The notes below the pieces were generated by a model. It ran no database searches. It saw only the letters and a program-made list of their open reading frames with translations, and was not told the origin of the DNA. A stretch of 64,000 bases of DNA, taken from assembly GCA_965199855.1 (NCBI GenBank), contig OZ241326.1, forward strand, positions 832,001 to 896,000. Reading direction: 5' to 3'. Made by a program: the position numbers and the translations under genes. This DNA comes from a bacterium. GTDB lineage: Bacteria; UBA8248. Below, piece after piece: positions 1 through 9,977 of this stretch (the stretch's first letter is position 1; every line of letters begins with the position of its first letter).

Positions 1-189
1 GGGCGGGGCGATTGCGCGGAACAAAGCCGCAAATCGCCGGCGGACGGCATCAACGAAACGGACGGCCTCTAGGGACGCGCTGCCAAGCGCTACTTCCTCT
101 CCCGATGCCGCCTCAAAAGTCCGGTTTCAGCAACAATACCACATAAACACGTCCTGGCTTCCAAGCGTTCGCGCGGGGCGGATATGCAA

Positions 190-2886
190 TCAGCCCTCCC
201 CGCTCTTCAGGAGCTGGCGCAGGACGTATTGCAGGATGCCGCCGTGGCGGTAGTAGGCGGCCTCGTTGGGGGTGTCGATGCGGACGATCGCGCTGAAGAC
301 GACGGGCGCGCCGCCGCCCTCGGGCGCCGCCGTAACCCGCGCCTCCTTCGCCTCGCCTCCGGCCAGCCCCTCGACGTCGAACGTCTCCCGGCCCGTGAGG
401 CCCAGCCCCTCCGCCGTGTCGCCCGGCCTGAACTGGAGCGGCAGCACGCCCATGCCGACCAGATTCGAGCGGTGGATGCGCTCGAAGCTCTCGGCGATGA
501 CGGCGCGCACGCCCAGAAGGCTCGACCCCTTGGCCGCCCAGTCGCGCGAGGAGCCCGTGCCGTATTCCTTCCCGCCCAGGATGACGAGCGGAACGCCCGC
601 CTCCCGATACCGCATCGCCGCGTCGTAGATGGGCATGACCTCGCCCGTCGGGAAATGGGTGGTGAAGCCGCCCTCGGTGCCCGGCGCCGCCCTGTTGCGC
701 AGGCGCACGTTCGAGAAGGTCCCGCGCGTCATCACCTCGTGGTTTCCGCGCCTCGAGCCGTAGGAGTTGAAGTCGGCGGGCAGGACGTCGCTGCGCACCA
801 GAAACTCGCCGGCCGGGCCGTCGCGCTTGATGGCGCCGGCGGGCGAGATGTGATCCGTCGTCACCGAATCGCCCAGAAGCGCGAGGCAGCGCGCCCCCTT
901 CACGTCCTCCACCGGGTCGGGCTCCGGCTTCATGCCGTCGAAGTAGGGCGCGCGGCGGATGTAGGTGGACATGTCGTCCCAGGCGAAGAGGCCGCCCTCG
1001 GGCGTGGGGATGCCCTGCCAGCGCAGATCGCCCCGGAACGCGCCGCCGTAGCTCCTGCGGAACATGTCCGCCTTCACGTGGCGCATCACGGCGTCCTGAA
1101 TCTCCGCCCGCGTGGGCCAGATGTCGCGCAGATAGACCGGGCGGCCCTCCGCGTCCTCGCCGAGGGGCTCCTTCGCCATGTCGATGTCCATGCGGCCGGC
1201 GATGGCGTAGGCGACCACGAGGGGGGGCGAGGCCAGGAAGTTCATGCGCACCTCGGCGTGCACGCGGCCCTCGAAGTTCCTGTTGCCCGAGAGCACCGCG
1301 CAGGCCACGAGGTCGCCCTCGGCCACCGCCTTCGAGACGGGATCGGGCAGGGGGCCCGAGTTCCCGATGCAGGTGGTGCAGCCGTAGCCCACGTTGTGGA
1401 AGCCGAGCGCCTCGAGGTGCGGGGTGAGGCCCGCGCTTTCGAGGTATTCCGTCACGACCATGGAGCCGGGCGCCAGCGAGGTCTTCACCCAGGGCTTGAC
1501 GCTCAGCCCCCGCTCGACCGCCTTCTTCGCCGCCAGGCCCGCCCCCAGCATCACGGAGGGGTTCGAGGTGTTGGTGCAGCTCGTGATGGCGGCGATGACG
1601 ACCGCCCCGTGCGTCATCTCGTAGGTCTTCGTCCCGTCCCGGACGGCGACCCTGGGGGGGGCGACGGCCGTCCCGCCGCCGGAGTCGCCCAGCATCCCCT
1701 CCAGCTCGCGCTCGAAGGCGTCCCTGGCGCCGCTCAGCGCGATGCGATCCTGCGGGCGCCGGGGGCCGGAGATGCTGGGAACCACGGCTCCCAGGTCGAG
1801 TTCGAGGGAGTCGCTGTAGATCGCCTCGGGCGCGTCCGCCTCCCGGAACATCCCCTGCGCCCGCGCGTAGGCCTCGACGAGGGCGACCTGCTCCGCCGGC
1901 CGGTTCGTGAGCTCGAGATACCGGATCGTCTCCCCGTCGATGGGGAAGATGCCGCAGGTCGCGCCGTATTCGGGCGCCATGTTGGCGATGGTCGCGCGAT
2001 CCGCCAGGGGCAGGCCGTCCAGGCCCGGGCCGTAGAACTCCACGAACTTGCCCACCACCCCCTTCTCCCGCAGCGTCTGCACCACCGCGAGAACGAGGTC
2101 GGTGGCCGTGGCGCCTTCCGCCAGAACGCCCGAGAGCCTGAAGCCCACCACGTCGGGAATCAGCATCGAGTAGGGCTGGCCCAGCATGGCGGCCTCCGCC
2201 TCGATGCCGCCCACCCCCCAGCCCAGGACGCCCAGGCCGTTGATCATCGTGGTGTGGGAGTCCGTGCCCACGACGGTGTCGGGAAAGGCGCGGAGGACGC
2301 CCCCCTTCTCGTCCGTCCCCACCACGGGCGCGAGGAATTCGAGGTTCACCTGGTGGACGATGCCGGTGTCCGGCGGCACCGCCCGGAAGTTGTCGAACGC
2401 CCCCTGCGCCCACCGGAGAAAGGCGTAGCGCTCCGTGTTGCGCTCGTATTCGAGGCGCGCGTTGTTCTCGAGCGCCGTCGGCGCGCCGAACTCGTCCACC
2501 TGGACGGAGTGGTCGATCACCAGATCGACGGGCTGGAGGGGGTTGATGAGGTCGGGGTCGCCCCCCAGCGCCTTCATGGCGTCGCGCATGGCGGCGAGGT
2601 CCACCACGACGGGAACGCCCGTGAAGTCCTGGAGGAGGACGCGGCTGGGCATGAAGCCGATCTCCTTCGCCGGGTTCTCCCTCGCGTCCCAGGAGGCGAG
2701 CGCCTCGACGTCCGCCGCGCGCGCGGAGCGTCCGTCCTCGCTTCTGAGGAGGTTCTCCAGCAGCACCTTCATGGCGAAGGGAAGACGGGCGACGTCGCCC
2801 CTGTCCTTCAGGGCGTCGATCCGGTAGATCTCGTAGGTTTTCCCGTCCACGTCGAGCGCGGAGCGGGCGCCGAAGCTGTCGTTCAT
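190..2886 (-). CDS. acnA: Aconitate hydratase A
   Basis: 898 aa; motifs [69 protein letters not shown]; RBS GAGGTGA upstream. Confidence 0.98.
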   Translation of the reverse strand: MNDSFGARSALDVDGKTYEIYRIDALKDRGDVARLPFAMKVLLENLLRSEDGRSARAADVEALASWDARENPAKEIGFMPSRVLLQDFTGVPVVVDLAAMRDAMKALGGDPDLINPLQPVDLVIDHSVQVDEFGAPTALENNARLEYERNTERYAFLRWAQGAFDNFRAVPPDTGIVHQVNLEFLAPVVGTDEKGGVLRAFPDTVVGTDSHTTMINGLGVLGWGVGGIEAEAAMLGQPYSMLIPDVVGFRLSGVLAEGATATDLVLAVVQTLREKGVVGKFVEFYGPGLDGLPLADRATIANMAPEYGATCGIFPIDGETIRYLELTNRPAEQVALVEAYARAQGMFREADAPEAIYSDSLELDLGAVVPSISGPRRPQDRIALSGARDAFERELEGMLGDSGGGTAVAPPRVAVRDGTKTYEMTHGAVVIAAITSCTNTSNPSVMLGAGLAAKKAVERGLSVKPWVKTSLAPGSMVVTEYLESAGLTPHLEALGFHNVGYGCTTCIGNSGPLPDPVSKAVAEGDLVACAVLSGNRNFEGRVHAEVRMNFLASPPLVVAYAIAGRMDIDMAKEPLGEDAEGRPVYLRDIWPTRAEIQDAVMRHVKADMFRRSYGGAFRGDLRWQGIPTPEGGLFAWDDMSTYIRRAPYFDGMKPEPDPVEDVKGARCLALLGDSVTTDHISPAGAIKRDGPAGEFLVRSDVLPADFNSYGSRRGNHEVMTRGTFSNVRLRNRAAPGTEGGFTTHFPTGEVMPIYDAAMRYREAGVPLVILGGKEYGTGSSRDWAAKGSSLLGVRAVIAESFERIHRSNLVGMGVLPLQFRPGDTAEGLGLTGRETFDVEGLAGGEAKEARVTAAPEGGGAPVVFSAIVRIDTPNEAAYYRHGGILQYVLRQLLKSGEG

Positions 2887-3116
2887 GGCTCACCTCGCTC
2901 GATTCGGGCGGACGCCGCGCCTCCCCCCGAAAGCCGCCGGGAAAGCGGAGCCGCCGCCTCAGGCGCCCGCCTCGCCCGAAGCCGCCGGAGGGCGAATCGG
3001 GGCGAGGGCCGCCGCCTGCTGAATCATATCGGGTTAAAGAAAAAACGAACCTTCCACTCCGCCATCATACCACAGACGCGCGGGCGGGACGAGGGCGGCC
3101 GGGGCGCGAGGACGGC

Positions 3117-3542
3117 TCAGGCCTCCTTCACGACCATGTAGGTGGCCGAGGCGAAGCAGACGAGCCTCTCCGCGTCATCGAGAATCCGCACCTCCCACAC
3201 CGAGGTCTTTCGTCCCAGGTGGAGGGCCTTCGCCTCGCCGATGATCGCGCCCTCCGAGACGGGGCGGATGAAGTTGACCTTGAGCTCCACCGTCGCCATT
3301 TCCGTTCCGGCCGGGCGGCTCACGTAGCTGCCCACCCCGCCCGCGGCGTCGGCGAGGCTCGCCAGCGCGCCGCCGTGCGCGATCCCGAAGGGCTGGAGCA
3401 GCCTCGGCTCGAGCGGCATCCGGAGGCGGGCGAATCCCCTTCGGGCGTCGAGAATCTCGAAGCCCATGAGGTCGTTGAAATTCCCCCGCCAGCGCGACCG
3501 GAATACCCGCTCGACCTCCTCCCTGCTCCAGGACTTCTCCAT
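3117..3542 (-). CDS. PaaI-family thioesterase (hotdog fold)
   Basis: QPFGIAHGGALASLAD, ATVELKVNFIRP, LHLGRKTSVWEV. Confidence 0.9.
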   Translation of the reverse strand: MEKSWSREEVERVFRSRWRGNFNDLMGFEILDARRGFARLRMPLEPRLLQPFGIAHGGALASLADAAGGVGSYVSRPAGTEMATVELKVNFIRPVSEGAIIGEAKALHLGRKTSVWEVRILDDAERLVCFASATYMVVKEA

Positions 3543-3681
3543 CGGCGGCCTCCGGGCGCGCGTCCGCCCCGCCGGAGGGGCGAGAATGCGCGCGGCGGAT
3601 GAAAGGGATGACCCGAAGACGCTCCCGGGGGGATCGACACCGGCCGAAGCCGTTCGCCCGCTCGCGGGAGCGAAGGCGCGC

Positions 3682-3996
3682 TCAGCCGAAGATCTGCGTC
3701 GGCACGCGCCCCCAGGCGGACGGGTCGGTGAGGATGCCGCCCTCCGCCTCCTCGTAGGAGAAGAAGAGGATTTCGGTTTCCGTCTTCGCGCCCTTCTTCT
3801 CCAGGCGCCGCACGGTGATGGTCGGAACGTGGACGCCCAGCTCGAAATTCTTCGCGTGGCTCACCGAAACGCCCGCCCCGAACTTGGCGGCGCAGCGCTC
3901 GAGCTGCTCCCTCGTCGTCCGCACCCGCCCGTCGGCGAGAATCTCCCCGCCGAAGTTCTCCGTGAGATCGACCGCAAAAACGTCCGGCTCCAGCAT
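3682..3996 (-). CDS. Hypothetical protein (104 aa)
   Basis: Protein-like composition, GGGGAGA RBS, co-oriented with neighbours; no family recognised. Confidence 0.7.
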   Translation of the reverse strand: MLEPDVFAVDLTENFGGEILADGRVRTTREQLERCAAKFGAGVSVSHAKNFELGVHVPTITVRRLEKKGAKTETEILFFSYEEAEGGILTDPSAWGRVPTQIFG

Positions 3997-4119
3997 GATG
4001 GCGCGTTCTCCCCTGAATTTTCCCGGTGAAAGAAGCCGCGGCGCGCCCTCCCGAAAGCGGCGCGCGAGCGCGGAGTCTAGCAGAAGGAGGGGGCGGGCGA
4101 AAAGGCCGGGCGCGCGCGC

Positions 4120-4893
4120 CTACCAGTCCCAGAAGAGCGTGTAGGCGCGGCCGGTGACGGGGCGGCGCTCCTCCCATTCGAGGCGGGTCCGCCCCGTCTC
4201 GCCCAGGACGCGGGGATAGACCCTTCGCTTGTTGAAGCTGTTGGACGCCCCCTGGGACTCCTCGCGCCGCGCGCCCGCCACCTTGCGCCCGGCGGGCAGG
4301 AGGACTTCCAGGCGAAACGCCTCGGTGGGATACCCCACCACGAGGGTGACCCATTCGTTGCGCGCGGTGAAGGCGTCGCGCAGGCGCGCGCGGTGGCGCA
4401 GCTCGAACGCCTCCCCCTGGCGAATCGGCTCGGGCAGGGGGAAGCTGGCGGAATAGTCCGCCCCCCCCGCCTCCTCGACGCGGCGCTCGAGCGGGGTCCA
4501 GCCGCCCTCCCCGCCCTCTTCCTCCCGGAGGAGCCGGTAGTCGTAGGAAGCCTCGCGCGCGCCGCTTCCGGTGTGGTAGCGCGTCCTGAGCTGCGTCAGA
4601 CGCCTGAGCGCCGCGCACCGGCGAACGCTCTCCATGCGCGCGCGCGCGCCCTGAACGTCCTCTATCACGTAGGAGCGGACGTTCAGCAGCACGCGGTAGT
4701 CGTAGGCGCCCTCCTCGCCGGCCGCGTCCGAAGCCGGGGCGTCCGGCGCGGGCAGCGCCTCCTCGACGCGCCGCAGGCGCGCCTCGAGCGCGTCCATCTT
4801 CCCCGAAAACTCCTCCTGCCGCGCGAGCATGGAGGAGACGCCGCTGGAGAGCGCGTCGAGCAGGCTTTTCAGCTCGGAATCGCTCGCCGCCAT
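4120..4893 (-). CDS. Hypothetical protein: N-terminal coiled coil plus predicted beta-sandwich domain
   Basis: Heptad-like N-terminus (MDALEARLRRVEEAL), beta-strand-rich C-terminus ending YTLFWDW; purine-rich RBS. Confidence 0.7.
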   Translation of the reverse strand: MAASDSELKSLLDALSSGVSSMLARQEEFSGKMDALEARLRRVEEALPAPDAPASDAAGEEGAYDYRVLLNVRSYVIEDVQGARARMESVRRCAALRRLTQLRTRYHTGSGAREASYDYRLLREEEGGEGGWTPLERRVEEAGGADYSASFPLPEPIRQGEAFELRHRARLRDAFTARNEWVTLVVGYPTEAFRLEVLLPAGRKVAGARREESQGASNSFNKRRVYPRVLGETGRTRLEWEERRPVTGRAYTLFWDW

Positions 4894-5035
4894 GTTCGCC
4901 CATCCCCCTGAGTCCGCGCTCGCCGCCTTCCTCCCTCCGGCGGGCGTCGGGGAGAGTGTATAGCAACATCCCCCGCGCCCGCCAACCAGCCCGCGGAGCC
5001 GCGCCTACGGCCCCTCATTCATGGACAACCATCCC

Positions 5036-5475
5036 CGTAGGGGCGGTTCGCGCGCCGCCCGCATTCCCGAATCCTCGGCGGCGACGAGGGCGGCTCGCGC
5101 GCCGCCCCTACGAAACCATGAAACCGCGCATGGATTGACCGGGAACGCCCGTTCGCCGCCGCGCGCCCCGGTTCCGGATTCCGGCCTTCGCCGGAATGAC
5201 GGGTTTTGCGGCGGCGCGCGCCGGAGGGGAAATCCTCGTTGCCGTCTCGATGTTGTTCCCTGTCAGATCGAAGGGGCACCGGGGTTGGCCCTTTCGCCGT
5301 CATTCGCGCATTTCGATTGTAGGGGCGGTTCGGGAACCGCCCGCGCCGCAAACGGGAACGGCGCGGGACGCATGAATGGAAACGCTCTCGCGTTTCACCT
5401 ACGAAACCATGAAACCCGCATCGCCCCCCGCAGGGGGCATCCCCGGCCGTCATTCCGGCGAAGGCCGGAATCCAG
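5036..5475. repeat. REP/BIME-like palindrome cluster 1
   Basis: GTAGGGGCGG..CCGCCC units at 5036-5060, 5088-5112 (inverted) and 5319-5342; GTCATTCCGGCGAAGGCCGGAATCC units at 5176-5200 (inverted) and 5449-5473. Confidence 0.85.
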
Positions 5476-5863
5476 GGTTTGGTTTATGACCGCCCCGCCG
5501 GGACGATTCCTCCGCCCCGTCGGAATCGATCGCGCATTTGCCCGCATTTGCGCCTGTCGGGCTTCCCCGAGAATGCGCGAGAATCCGCCGCGAGAGGGAG
5601 GAGGCGAACGCATGGACTTCGGGAAGCGGATGATGACGAAGGCGAAGGCGTGGGTCAGGGCGTTTTTCGTCCCGCGCCGTTCCCGCGTCGTCAATCTCGG
5701 CGAGGAGGCAAGATTGCGGAATCCGGGGGTTGTCGTCCGGCGACGGGCGATTCGCGAATCGTGGGGCTGCCCCGATGAAGGGTCGCCCCTGCGCGTTTCA
5801 GGCGCGACGCGCGCGCTCCGTTCGCGCCATGATGAAAACGATTCCGTTTTCGACAAAATCCGA

Positions 5864-5913
5864 CAAATTCACGGCCTTATCCCGCAAATTCACGCCTTTT
5901 TTCGACAAATTCA
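5864..5913 (+). repeat. Three CAAATTCA direct repeats with exact 21-bp period
   Basis: Copies at 5864-5871, 5885-5892 and 5906-5913 in an AT-rich patch. Confidence 0.7.
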
Positions 5914-6139
5914 AGACCCTTCGGAGCGCGGAAAAAATATCAAGTCATTGAAAATAAACGGATTATATGGATCAAGAGGCTCCCGGAGAGGTCATTTCAC
6001 GCGGCCGCGGCGTTTGCGCGCATCTGCCCGCATCCGCGCATGGAACGCCCGGCCGTCTTGCCGCGCCCGGGGTTTCCTGCTACATATCCCTCTCCGAAAC
6101 GGAAGCATTCCCATCGCCTGCGGGGAGGAGCGGGGCGCG

Positions 6140-7225
6140 GTGTCGAACGAGGAGATCATCGACGAATTCATCGAGAAGACGGCGGCGCTGAACGGACGAA
6201 AGGTGCGCGAGCGCGAGGCGTGGAACAACGAGGCGAGCGCGGACGCCATCCGCCACTTCGCCTACGGCATCGACGACGACAACCCGCTCTGGCTGGACGC
6301 GGAATACGCCTCGCGCACCCGGCACGGAACCCTCCTCGCGCCGCCGGCGTTCCTGGCGTCGGCGCTCTACCCGATTCTGCACGGCGCGCCCATGGCGGCG
6401 CCTCTCTCCTCGCTCATCGGGGGCGTCGAATACGAGTGGAGCAGGACCATCCCGGTAGGCGCCAGGCTGCGCGCCGAGTCCATCCAGAAGGACTCATACG
6501 TCAAGACGAACAGGGCCGGCCGCCGGCTCATCTTCATCATCTCCGAATGCAGCTACTGGAACGAGAAGGAGGAGATCGTCGGCAGGGCGACGGGCACGAT
6601 GATCCGCGCCCCCCAGGAGGGGAACGCGCTTCTCTACGACAGGCCGATCAAGAAATACGACGAGGCGGAATGGCGGGAGATCGAGAGCGCCTACGAGGCC
6701 GAGGAGCGCAGGGGCGGCGAGAAGCGCCGCTTCGGGGACGTCTCCGTGGGCGACGAACTCCCGTCCATGATTCGAGGCCCCCTCACCATCGGCGACATGG
6801 TGGCCTGGAACGCGGGCAACGGCCCCTCCTACAGGGCGGGCAGGCGCGGCTACCTCGACCTCGGGAAGGCGCCGCACAACGCCGTCCTCATCCCCCAGAT
6901 CGGGATGCGGGTGAAGAACTCCCAGCAGCACGAGGACTTCAACCTCGCCTCGGGGCGCGGGATGCCGGGCCCCTTCGACAACGGCGTCATGCGCTTCGCC
7001 TGGGTGAGCCCCTTCATCACCAACTGGATGGGGGACGACGCCTTTTTGGAAAGCCTCTACGTCCAGGTGCGCCGCCCGATGATCTACGGGGACGTCATCC
7101 GGCACGCGGGCAGGGTGGTCGAGAAGAACGAGGCCGACGGCACCGTCAAGGTCGAGATTGCCGGAAAAAACCAGGAGGGCGAACTCGCGACGGCGGGCCG
7201 CGCCGTCGTCCGCCTCCCCGCGTGA
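6140..7225 (+). CDS. Double-hotdog MaoC/FAS1-like dehydratase
   Basis: AIRHFAYGIDDDNPLW, APPAF, second hotdog with VSVGDELP, QQHED, GMPGPFDNG; GTG start after GGAGGAG. Confidence 0.85.
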   Translation: MSNEEIIDEFIEKTAALNGRKVREREAWNNEASADAIRHFAYGIDDDNPLWLDAEYASRTRHGTLLAPPAFLASALYPILHGAPMAAPLSSLIGGVEYEWSRTIPVGARLRAESIQKDSYVKTNRAGRRLIFIISECSYWNEKEEIVGRATGTMIRAPQEGNALLYDRPIKKYDEAEWREIESAYEAEERRGGEKRRFGDVSVGDELPSMIRGPLTIGDMVAWNAGNGPSYRAGRRGYLDLGKAPHNAVLIPQIGMRVKNSQQHEDFNLASGRGMPGPFDNGVMRFAWVSPFITNWMGDDAFLESLYVQVRRPMIYGDVIRHAGRVVEKNEADGTVKVEIAGKNQEGELATAGRAVVRLPA

Positions 7226-7244
7226 GGCGCGAGGCGGCGAAGCC

Positions 7245-8015
7245 ATGACGCGGGACGGGCTGAGGCTCTTCTACGCGGAGGCGCGGGCGGTTCGGGAGGG
7301 GCGCGCCGCCCTGGGGCCGGAGGAGGCCGCTCACGCCAGCCGCGTTCTCAGGATGAAGCCGGGCGAGGTTTGCCGCGTGGCGACCGAGGAGGGCCGCGAA
7401 TACCTCGTGAGATGGACGGAAGTCTCCGCCGCCGGATGCGCCGGCGAAATCCTCGAGCGCCTGCCCGCGAGACCGCCCTCCCCCCTTTCGATTTCGCTCG
7501 GCCTGCCGCTGCTCAGGGGGGAGCGGTTTGAATGGACGCTTGCGAAGGGCTGCGAGCTCGGGGTCTGCGCGTTTCATCCGCTCGCGCTCGATCGGTGCGA
7601 GGCCAGGGTGCGGGAGAAGAAGAGCGCCGCGCGCCTGGGCCGCTGGCGGCGCGTCATCCTGGAAGCCTCCAAGCAGTGCGACCGCGTCCCCCCGCCCGAG
7701 GCGCGCGACCCGGGCGGACTGGACGACTACCTGGACGCGACGAGGGACTGCGACCTCAAGCTGATGGGCTTTCTGGGAGAAGGCGCGGGTTCCCTCGAGC
7801 AGGCGCTCTCACAGGCGCGCGATCGCGCGAATGGCGAGCCGCTTCGGGCCGCGCTCCTGACGGGCCCCGAGGGAGACTTCACGGATGAGGAATCCCGCCG
7901 GGCGATGGACGCGGGCTTCGCCCCGGTATCCCTGGGGCCGAGAATCCTGCGGGCGGACACGGCGCCCCTCGCGCTCGCCGCCATCGCGCAGCACGTCCTG
8001 GGCGACATGGGCTGA
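7245..8015 (+). CDS. rsmE: 16S rRNA m3U1498 methyltransferase
   Basis: HASRVLRMKPG, EASKQCDR, GPEGDF, SLGPRILRADTA. Confidence 0.93.
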   Translation: MTRDGLRLFYAEARAVREGRAALGPEEAAHASRVLRMKPGEVCRVATEEGREYLVRWTEVSAAGCAGEILERLPARPPSPLSISLGLPLLRGERFEWTLAKGCELGVCAFHPLALDRCEARVREKKSAARLGRWRRVILEASKQCDRVPPPEARDPGGLDDYLDATRDCDLKLMGFLGEGAGSLEQALSQARDRANGEPLRAALLTGPEGDFTDEESRRAMDAGFAPVSLGPRILRADTAPLALAAIAQHVLGDMG

Positions 8016-8108
8016 CATGCCGCTCCCCCGCCTGACGCCCCATCGCTTGACGCCTCCCCCGCCCCGTCCCAGGCCGCGGCTTTCCCCGCTTCAGGACGGA
8101 CGCTTCCG

Positions 8109-9389
8109 ATGAAGATCATCATCGTGGGGAGCGGCGGGCGCGAACACGCCCTGGCCTGGAAGCTGGGCCGCAGCCCGGAGGTGGACGAAGTCGTCTGCGC
8201 CCCCGGAAACGCGGGCACGGCGCGCGTCGGGCGCAACGCGCCGGTCGGGGCGGAGGACGTCGCGGGCCTCGTCGCGCTGGCGAGAGAGGAGAAGCCCGGC
8301 CTCGTCGTCGTCGGCCCCGAAGCCCCCCTCGCGCTCGGTCTCGTGGACGCGCTGGAGGCGGCCGGCGTCCGCGCGTTCGGCCCCTCGGCCGCGGCCGCCC
8401 GCATCGAGGCGAGCAAGGCGTTCTCCAAGGCGCTCATGGACGAGGCGGGAATCCCCACCGCCGCCTACGGGGTATTCGAGGAGGCGGAGGAGGCCGGAAG
8501 CTTCGTCTCGGAGCGCGGCGGCGCCTGGGCGGTGAAGGCGGACGGGCTGGCCGCCGGCAAGGGCGTCCTCCTTTGCCCCGACCCTCCGAGCGCGCGCGAG
8601 GCCATCTCCCGAATCATGGAGGAGAGGGCGTTCGGCGAGGCGGGCGCCCGATGCGTAGTGGAGGAGTTCCTCGAGGGCGAGGAGGCGAGTTTCCTCGCGT
8701 TCGTGGACGGCGAAGCCGCGCTCCCGATGGCCTCCGCCCAGGATCACAAGGCCGTCGGCGAGGGCGACGTCGGGCCCAACACGGGCGGCATGGGCGCGTA
8801 CTCTCCCGCTCCGGCGCTGTCGGGCGCGCTCGAGCGCAAGGCGCTCGAAACCGTCATCCAGCCCGCCGTCGACGCCATGGCGAGAAGGGGAACCCCCTAC
8901 AAGGGGGTTCTCTACGCCGGCCTCATGGCGCGGGGGGACGACCTGAAAGTCCTGGAATTCAACTGCCGGTTCGGCGACCCCGAATGCCAGCCGCTCCTCA
9001 TGCGCATGGAGGGGGACTTGCTGCCCCTCCTCATCGCGTGCGCGGAGGGCGGGCTGCGCGGAATGAAGGTGGATTATTCGGAGGACGCCGCCGTCTGCGT
9101 CGTCATGGCCGCGGGCGGCTATCCGGACGCCTACCGCAAGGGCGACGTGATTCGGGGAATCGACGACGCCGACGCCCTGCCCGGCGCGCGCGTCTTTCAC
9201 GCCGGAACGGCGCTGAACGACGCGGGCGAGGTGGTGACCGCGGGCGGCCGCGTGCTGGGCGTCACCGCGCGAGGGGCGGACGCGCGCGCCGCCATCGCGC
9301 GCGCCTACGAGGCGAGCGACCTCATCCACTGGGAAGACGCCTACTACCGAAAGGACATCGGCGCCAAGGCGCTCAGACGCCCTGGCTGA
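8109..9389 (+). CDS. purD: Phosphoribosylamine--glycine ligase
   Basis: GSGGREHALAW, GPEAPL, KADGLAAGKGV, GPNTGGMGAY, EFNCRFGDPE. Confidence 0.98.
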   Translation: MKIIIVGSGGREHALAWKLGRSPEVDEVVCAPGNAGTARVGRNAPVGAEDVAGLVALAREEKPGLVVVGPEAPLALGLVDALEAAGVRAFGPSAAAARIEASKAFSKALMDEAGIPTAAYGVFEEAEEAGSFVSERGGAWAVKADGLAAGKGVLLCPDPPSAREAISRIMEERAFGEAGARCVVEEFLEGEEASFLAFVDGEAALPMASAQDHKAVGEGDVGPNTGGMGAYSPAPALSGALERKALETVIQPAVDAMARRGTPYKGVLYAGLMARGDDLKVLEFNCRFGDPECQPLLMRMEGDLLPLLIACAEGGLRGMKVDYSEDAAVCVVMAAGGYPDAYRKGDVIRGIDDADALPGARVFHAGTALNDAGEVVTAGGRVLGVTARGADARAAIARAYEASDLIHWEDAYYRKDIGAKALRRPG

Positions 9390-9460
9390 GCGATGGCGGC
9401 GGCCGCCGCCTGAAAGCCCTCACCCCCGCCCGAAGCGAGCGGCGCAATCCGCCTCCGCGG

Positions 9461-9844
9461 TCAGGGGCCGCGCTTCACCCACGGAAATTTGTCATCGAGG
9501 CCCGGCCACGTCTCCCGGATGGCGAAAAAGCAGATGCCTATCCAGATGGCCAGCCCCAGGTCGAAGCCCTCGAGTATCCGCATCATCCAGACGAAATCGA
9601 ACGCGCCCAGAACGATCGCCGCGAGGTAGGCGCACCACGTGAACCCGCGCCAGGCTCCCAGCCCGAACAGGGCCAGGGCGGCGCCTCCCGCCAGCGTCGG
9701 CCAGCCGTAGCCCACCCTGCCCGGCTGATTCGTCCAGAGCGCCGACGCGGTGAAGGCGAGCATCAGCAGCGCGACCAGCAGCGCGACCCGCGCCGCGCGC
9801 CCGGGGTCGAACGCTCTCTCCCCGCTTCCGCCGGATTCGCTCAT
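9461..9844 (-). CDS. Small integral membrane protein (about 4 TM)
   Basis: Four hydrophobic segments in 127 aa starting MSESGG. Confidence 0.65.
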   Translation of the reverse strand: MSESGGSGERAFDPGRAARVALLVALLMLAFTASALWTNQPGRVGYGWPTLAGGAALALFGLGAWRGFTWCAYLAAIVLGAFDFVWMMRILEGFDLGLAIWIGICFFAIRETWPGLDDKFPWVKRGP

Positions 9845-9977
9845 CGTCCTCTCGCTCTGGAAGGGCCGCGCCGCGCGAAGGAAGGCTACGGCATCCGCCT
9901 CCCGTTGCCTAGCCGCTCCCGCGTGTGATGTAATCGGGCGGATGAAATCCCTTGTCATCTTTCGAGGAGGACGCGCT

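Noticed and set aside
113-3141. 926-aa and 985-aa ORFs overlapping acnA (and similar long ORFs at 29256-32237, 38491-40926, 12387-14513)
   Set aside because: Shadow or antisense frames typical of high-GC DNA; Arg/Gly/Pro-rich with no motifs, overlapping clear genes
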